From Eledone cirrhosa (Eukaryota): a stretch of 64,000 bases of DNA. The DNA lies in NCBI GenBank assembly GCA_964016885.1, contig CAXHJY010000346.1, forward strand, positions 68,001-132,000, in the 5' to 3' direction. Below are positions 57,301 to 64,000 of the stretch, piece by piece; position 1 is the stretch's first letter; each line of letters opens with the position of its first letter. The notes below the pieces were generated by a model that saw only the letters and a program-made list of their open reading frames with translations, was not told the DNA's origin and did not search any database. The position numbers and the translations under genes are program-made.

Positions 57301-60300
57301 CGGAGATATCTTGCTGAAATTCACGCCACACATAGCCAATGAGTGTCTGCACATGTACCAGTAATTACAGATCGATCCGACCACGGGCGGCCGGCCCGCG
57401 ATTGAAAAGGTAACTCCGCCGGCAAATCGTCATTTTTGGATTCGTTTTCTTCGAAGCACACCATTCGCCGGCGGACTTTGCTGACGTTTAACACGGTTTG
57501 GTTCCACAACCACAACTATTGATTTTACGGAGATATCTTGCTGAAATTCACGCCACACATAGCCAATGAGTGTCTGCACATGTACCAGTAATTACAGATC
57601 GATCCGACCACGGGCGGCCGGCCCGCGATTGAAAAGGTAACTCCGCCGGCAAATCGTCATTTTTGGATTCGTTTTCTTCGAAGCACACCATTCGCCGGCG
57701 GACTTTGTTGACGTTTAACACGGTTTGGTTCCACAGCCACAACTATTGATTTTACGGAGATATCTTGCTGAAATTCACGCCACCCATAGCCAATGAGTGT
57801 CTGCACATGTACCAGTAATTACAGATCGATCCGACCACGGGCGGCCGGCCCGCGATTGAAAAGGTAACTCCGCCGGCAAATCGTCATTTTTGGATTCGTT
57901 TTCTTCGAAGCACACCATTCGCCGGCGGATTTTGCTGACGTTTAACACGGTTTGGTTCCACAGCCACAACTATTGATTTTACGGAGATATCTTGCTGAAA
58001 TTCACGCCACACATAGCCAATGAGTGTCTGCACATGTACCAGTAATTACAGATCGATCCGACCACGGGCGGCCGGCCCGCGATTGAAAAGGTAACTCCGC
58101 CGGCAAATCGTCATTTTTGGATTCGTTTTCTTCGAAGCACACCATTCGCCGGCGGACTTTGTTGACGTTTAACACGGTTTGGTTCCACAGCCACAACTAT
58201 TGATTTTACGGAGATATCTTGCTGAAATTCACGCCACCCATAGCCAATGAGTGTCTGCACATGTACCAGTAATTACAGATCGATCCGACCACGGGCGGCC
58301 GGCCCGCGATTGGAAAGGTAACTCCGCCGGCAAATCGTCATTTTTGGATTCGTTTTCTTCGAAGCACACCATTCGCCGGCGGACTTTGCTGACGTTTAAC
58401 ACGGTTTGGTTCCACAGCCACAACTATTGATTTTACGGAGATATCTTGCTGAAATTCACGCCACACATAGCCAATGAGTGTCTGCACATGTACCAGTAAT
58501 TACAGATCGATCCGACCACGGGCGGCCGGCCCGCGATTGAAAAGGTAACTCCGCCGGCAAATCGTCATTTTTGGATTCGTTTTCTTCGAAGCACACCATT
58601 TGCCGGCGGACTTTGCTGACGTTTAACACGGTTTGGTTCCACAGCCACAACTATTGATTTTACGGAGATATCTTGCTGGAATTCACGCCACACATAGCCA
58701 ATGAGTGTCTGCACATGTACCAGTAATTACAGATCGATCCGACCACGGGCGGCCGGCCCGCGATTGAAAAGGTAACTCCGCCGGCAAATCGTCATTTTTG
58801 GATTCGTTTTCTTCGAAGCACACCATTCGCCGGCGGACTTTGTTGACGTTTAACACGGTTTGGTTCCACAGCCACAACTATTGATTTTACGGAGATATCT
58901 TGCTGAAATTCACGCCACCCATAGCCAATGAGTGTCTGCACATGTACCAGTAATTACAGATCGATCCGACCACGGGCGGCCGGCCCGCGATTGAAAAGGT
59001 AACTCCGCCGGCAAATCGTCATTTTTGGATTCGTTTTCTTCGAAGCACACCATTCGCCGGCGGACTTTGCTGACGTTTAACACGGTTTGGTTCCACAACC
59101 ACAACTATTGATTTTACGGAGATATCTTGCTGAAATTCACGCCACACATAGCCAATGAGTGTCTGCACATGTACCAGTAATTACAGATCGATCCGACCAC
59201 GGGCGGCCGGCCCGCGATTGAAAAGGTAACTCCGCCGGCAAATCGTCATTTTTGGATTCGTTTTCTTCGAAGCACACCATTCGCCGGCGGACTTTGCTGA
59301 CGTTTAACACGGTTTGGTTCCACAACCACAACTATTGATTTTACGGAGATATCTTGCTGAAATTCACGCCACACATAGCCAATGAGTGTCTGCACATGTA
59401 CCAGTAATTACAGATCGATCCGACCACGGGCGGCCGGCCCGCGATTGAAAAGGTAACTCCGCCGGCAAATCGTCATTTTTGGATTCGTTTTCTTCGAAGC
59501 ACACCATTCGCCGGCGGACTTTGTTGACGTTTAACACGGTTTGGTTCCACAGCCACAACTATTGATTTTACGGAGATATCTTGCTGAAATTCACGCCACC
59601 CATAGCCAATGAGTGTCTGCACATGTACCAGTAATTACAGATCGATCCGACCACGGGCGGCCGGCCCGCGATTGAAAAGGTAACTCCGCCGGCAAATCGT
59701 CATTTTTGGATTCGTTTTCTTCGAAGCACACCATTCGCCGGCGGACTTTGCTGACGTTTAACACGGTTTGGTTCCACAACCACAACTATTGATTTTACGG
59801 AGATATCTTGCTGAAATTCACGCCACACATAGCCAATGAGTGTCTGCACATGTACCAGTAATTACAGATCGATCCGACCACGGGCGGCCGGCCCGCGATT
59901 GAAAAGGTAACTCCGCCGGCAAATCGTCATTTTTGGATTCGTTTTCTTCGAAGCACACCATTCGCCGGCGGACTTTGCTGACGTTTAACACGGTTTGGTT
60001 CCACAACCACAACTATTGATTTTACGGAGATATCTTGCTGAAATTCACGCCACACATAGCCAATGAGTGTCTGCACATGTACCAGTAATTACAGATCGAT
60101 CCGACCACGGGCGGCCGGCCCGCGATTGAAAAGGTAACTCCGCCGGCAAATCGTCATTTTTGGATTCGTTTTCTTCGAAGCACACCATTCGCCGGCGGAC
60201 TTTGTTGACGTTTAACACGGTTTGGTTCCACAGCCACAACTATTGATTTTACGGAGATATCTTGCTGAAATTCACGCCACCCATAGCCAATGAGTGTCTG

Positions 60301-60466
60301 CACATGTACCAGTAATTACAGATCGATCCGACCACGGGCGGCCGGCCCGCGATTGAAAAGGTAACTCCGCCGGCAAATCGTCATTTTTGGATTCGTTTTC
60401 TTCGAAGCACACCATTCGCCTGCGGACTTTGCTGACGTTTAACACGGTTTGGTTCCACAACCACAA
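54370..60466. repeat. 11-monomer periodicity (2497 bp)
   Basis: The attgg/atttg pair lies at 55732/55959 and 58229/58456, with matching flanking monomer types. Private SNPs occur at about 55993 and at 57930. Confidence 0.7.
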
Positions 60467-62962
60467 CTATTGATTTTACGGAGATATCTTGCTGAAATTC
60501 ACGCCACACATAGCCAATGAGTGTCTGCACATGTACCAGTAATTACAGATCGATCCGACCACGGGCGGCCGGCCCGCGATTGAAAAGGTAACTCCGCCGG
60601 CAAATCGTCATTTTTGGATTCGTTTTCTTCGAAGCACACCATTCGCCGGCGGACTTTGTTGACGTTTAACACGGTTTGGTTCCACAGCCACAACTATTGA
60701 TTTTACGGAGATATCTTGCTGAAATTCACGCCACCCATAGCCAATGAGTGTCTGCACATGTACCAGTAATTACAGATCGATCCGACCACGGGCGGCCGGC
60801 CCGCGATTGAAAAGGTAACTCCGCCGGCAAATCGTCATTTTTGGATTCGTTTTCTTCGAAGCACACCATTTGCCGGCGGACTTTGCTGACGTTTAACACG
60901 GTTTGGTTCCACAGCCACAACTATTGATTTTACGGAGATATCTTGCTGAATTCACGCCACACATAGCCAATGAGTGTCTGCACATGTACCAGTAATTACA
61001 GATCGATCCGACCACGGGCGGCCGGCCCGCGATTGAAAAGGTAACTCCGCCGGCAAATCGTCATTTTTGGATTCGTTTTCTTCGAAGCACACCATTCGCC
61101 GGCGGACTTTGTTGACGTTTAACACGGTTTGGTTCCACAGCCACAACTATTGATTTTACGGAGATATCTTGCTGAAATTCACGCCACCCATAGCCAATGA
61201 GTGTCTGCACATGTACCAGTAATTACAGATCGATCCGACCACGGGCGGCCGGCCCGCGATTGAAAAGGTAACTCCGCCGGCAAATCGTCATTTTTGGATT
61301 CGTTTTCTTCGAAGCACACCATTCGCCGGCGGACTTTGCTGACGTTTAACACGGTTTGGTTCCACAACCACAACTATTGATTTTACGGAGATATCTTGCT
61401 GAAATTCACGCCACACATAGCCAATGAGTGTCTGCACATGTACCAGTAATTACAGATCGATCCGACCACGGGCGGCCGGCCCGCGATTGAAAAGGTAACT
61501 CCGCCGGCAAATCGTCATTTTTGGATTCGTTTTCTTCGAAGCACACCATTCGCCGGCGGACTTTGCTGACGTTTAACACGGTTTGGTTCCACAACCACAA
61601 CTATTGATTTTACGGAGATATCTTGCTGAAATTCACGCCACACATAGCCAATGAGTGTCTGCACATGTACCAGTAATTACAGATCGATCCGACCACGGGC
61701 GGCCGGCCCGCGATTGAAAAGGTAACTCCGCCGGCAAATCGTCATTTTTGGATTCGTTTTCTTCGAAGCACACCATTCGCCGGCGGACTTTGTTGACGTT
61801 TAACACGGTTTGGTTCCACAGCCACAACTATTGATTTTACGGAGATATCTTGCTGAAATTCACGCCACCCATAGCCAATGAGTGTCTGCACATGTACCAG
61901 TAATTACAGATCGATCCGACCACGGGCGGCCGGCCCGCGATTGAAAAGGTAACTCCGCCGGCAAATCGTCATTTTTGGATTCGTTTTCTTCGAAGCACAC
62001 CATTCGCCGGCGGACTTTGCTGACGTTTAACACGGTTTGGTTCCACAACCACAACTATTGATTTTACGGAGATATCTTGCTGAAATTCACGCCACACATA
62101 GCCAATGAGTGTCTGCACATGTACCAGTAATTACAGATCGATCCGACCACGGGCGGCCGGCCCGCGATTGAAAAGGTAACTCCGCCGGCAAATCGTCATT
62201 TTTGGATTCGTTTTCTTCGAAGCACACCATTCGCCGGCGGACTTTGCTGACGTTTAACACGGTTTGGTTCCACAACCACAACTATTGATTTTACGGAGAT
62301 ATCTTGCTGAAATTCACGCCACACATAGCCAATGAGTGTCTGCACATGTACCAGTAATTACAGATCGATCCGACCACGGGCGGCCGGCCCGCGATTGAAA
62401 AGGTAACTCCGCCGGCAAATCGTCATTTTTGGATTCGTTTTCTTCGAAGCACACCATTCGCCGGCGGACTTTGTTGACGTTTAACACGGTTTGGTTCCAC
62501 AGCCACAACTATTGATTTTACGGAGATATCTTGCTGAAATTCACGCCACCCATAGCCAATGAGTGTCTGCACATGTACCAGTAATTACAGATCGATCCGA
62601 CCACGGGCGGCCGGCCCGCGATTGAAAAGGTAACTCCGCCGGCAAATCGTCATTTTTGGATTCGTTTTCTTCGAAGCACACCATTCGCCTGCGGACTTTG
62701 CTGACGTTTAACACGGTTTGGTTCCACAACCACAACTATTGATTTTACGGAGATATCTTGCTGAAATTCACGCCACACATAGCCAATGAGTGTCTGCACA
62801 TGTACCAGTAATTACAGATCGATCCGACCACGGGCGGCCGGCCCGCGATTGAAAAGGTAACTCCGCCGGCAAATCGTCATTTTTGGATTCGTTTTCTTCG
62901 AAGCACACCATTCGCCGGCGGACTTTGTTGACGTTTAACACGGTTTGGTTCCACAGCCACAA
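58456..62962. repeat. 10-monomer tandem duplication (2269 bp)
   Basis: The rare gcctgc allele occurs at 60421 and 62690, with the same flanking monomer order. Confidence 0.75.
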
Positions 62963-64000
62963 CTATTGATTTTACGGAGATATCTTGCTGAAATTCACGC
63001 CACCCATAGCCAATGAGTGTCTGCACATGTACCAGTAATTACAGATCGATCCGACCACGGGCGGCCGGCCCGCGATTGAAAAGGTAACTCCGCCGGCAAA
63101 TCGTCATTTTTGGATTCGTTTTCTTCGAAGCACACCATTCGCCGGCGGACTTTGCTGACGTTTAACACGGTTTGGTTCCACAGCCACAACTATTGATTTT
63201 ACGGAGATATCTTGCTGAAATTCACGCCACCCATAGCCAATGAGTGTCTGCACATCTACCAGTAATTACAGATCGACCCGACCACGGGCGGCCGGGCCGC
63301 GATTGAAAAGGTAACTCCGCCGGCAAATCGTCATTTTTGGATTCGTTTTCTTCGAAGCACACCATTCGCCGGCGGACTTTGTTGACGTTTAACACGGTTT
63401 GGTTCCACAGCCACAACTATTGATTTTACGGAGATATCTTGCTGAAATTCACGCCACCCATAGCCAATGAGTGTCTGCACATGTACCAGTAATTACAGAT
63501 CGATCCGACCACGGGCGGCCGGCCCGCGATTGGAAAGGTAACTCCGCCGGCAAATCGTCATTTTTGGATTCGTTTTCTTCGAAGCACACCATTCGCCGGC
63601 GGACTTTGCTGACGTTTAACACGGTTTGGTTCCACAGCCACAACTATTGATTTTACGGAGATATCTTGCTGAAATTCACGCCACACATAGCCAATGAGTG
63701 TCTGCACATGTACCAGTAATTACAGATCGATCCGACCACGGGCGGCCGGCCCGCGATTGAAAAGGTAACTCCGCCGGCAAATCGTCATTTTTGGATTCGT
63801 TTTCTTCGAAGCACACCATTTGCCGGCGGACTTTGCTGACGTTTAACACGGTTTGGTTCCACAGCCACAACTATTGATTTTACGGAGATATCTTGCTGGA
63901 ATTCACGCCACACATAGCCAATGAGTGTCTGCACATGTACCAGTAATTACAGATCGATCCGACCACGGGCGGCCGGCCCGCGATTGAAAAGGTAACTCCG

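Larger units (their letters stand above)
1..64000. repeat. Tandem array of a 227-bp monomer, about 282 copies (satellite DNA-like); runs off both window ends
   Basis: Positions 1-227 recur at 228 and onward. The ORF track repeats every 227 bp, with 1-bp phase shifts only near 17680, 26307, 36522, 48731, 49864 and 60949. Copies differ by only a few substitutions. 64000/227 = 281.9. All copies have the same orientation. Confidence 0.99.

Noticed and set aside
116-63870. About 275 copies of a 64-aa minus-strand ORF (MWLWNQ...)
   Set aside because: The start is TTG rather than ATG, there is no recognisable domain, most variants are non-synonymous, and nonsense or frameshift alleles are tolerated and even duplicated (17150, 25777, 17678, 26305, 31817). 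It is a by-product of the repeat.
1-64000. CRISPR array
   Set aside because: There are no unique spacers, the entire 227 bp repeats, and there are no cas genes.
1-64000. Rolling-circle or sequencing concatemer of a single template, or a synthetic construct
   Set aside because: Variants recur in ordered, nested blocks, as expected of an evolved genomic array and not of random read error. Local misassembly remains possible.
1-64000. Monomer variant order as an information-bearing code or variable-cassette system
   Set aside because: The order is adequately explained by nested duplications and conversion. No recombinase, reverse transcriptase or expression locus is present in the window.

Overview
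The whole 64 kb window is one uninterrupted head-to-tail tandem array of a 227-bp monomer (about 282 copies; about 49% GC and 19 CpG per monomer by hand count). It has the architecture of a very homogeneous eukaryotic satellite DNA, or of a tandem small-RNA gene array. I see no protein-coding gene, transposon insertion, inversion or spacer. The repeated 64-aa ORF is a by-product of the repeat. Copies differ at fewer than about 20 positions. These variants show nested higher-order duplications (6-, 9-, 10-, 11-, 12-, 14- and 25-mers, plus dispersed blocks offset by 35 and 38 monomers), regional zonation and recombinant monomers. Each monomer carries a 16-bp inverted repeat, six 8-bp palindromes, a CENP-B-box-like 17-mer, and a splice-donor-like site followed by an Sm-site-like motif that could indicate a spliced-leader RNA gene array (speculative). 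I cannot name the organism or the satellite family from the sequence alone.
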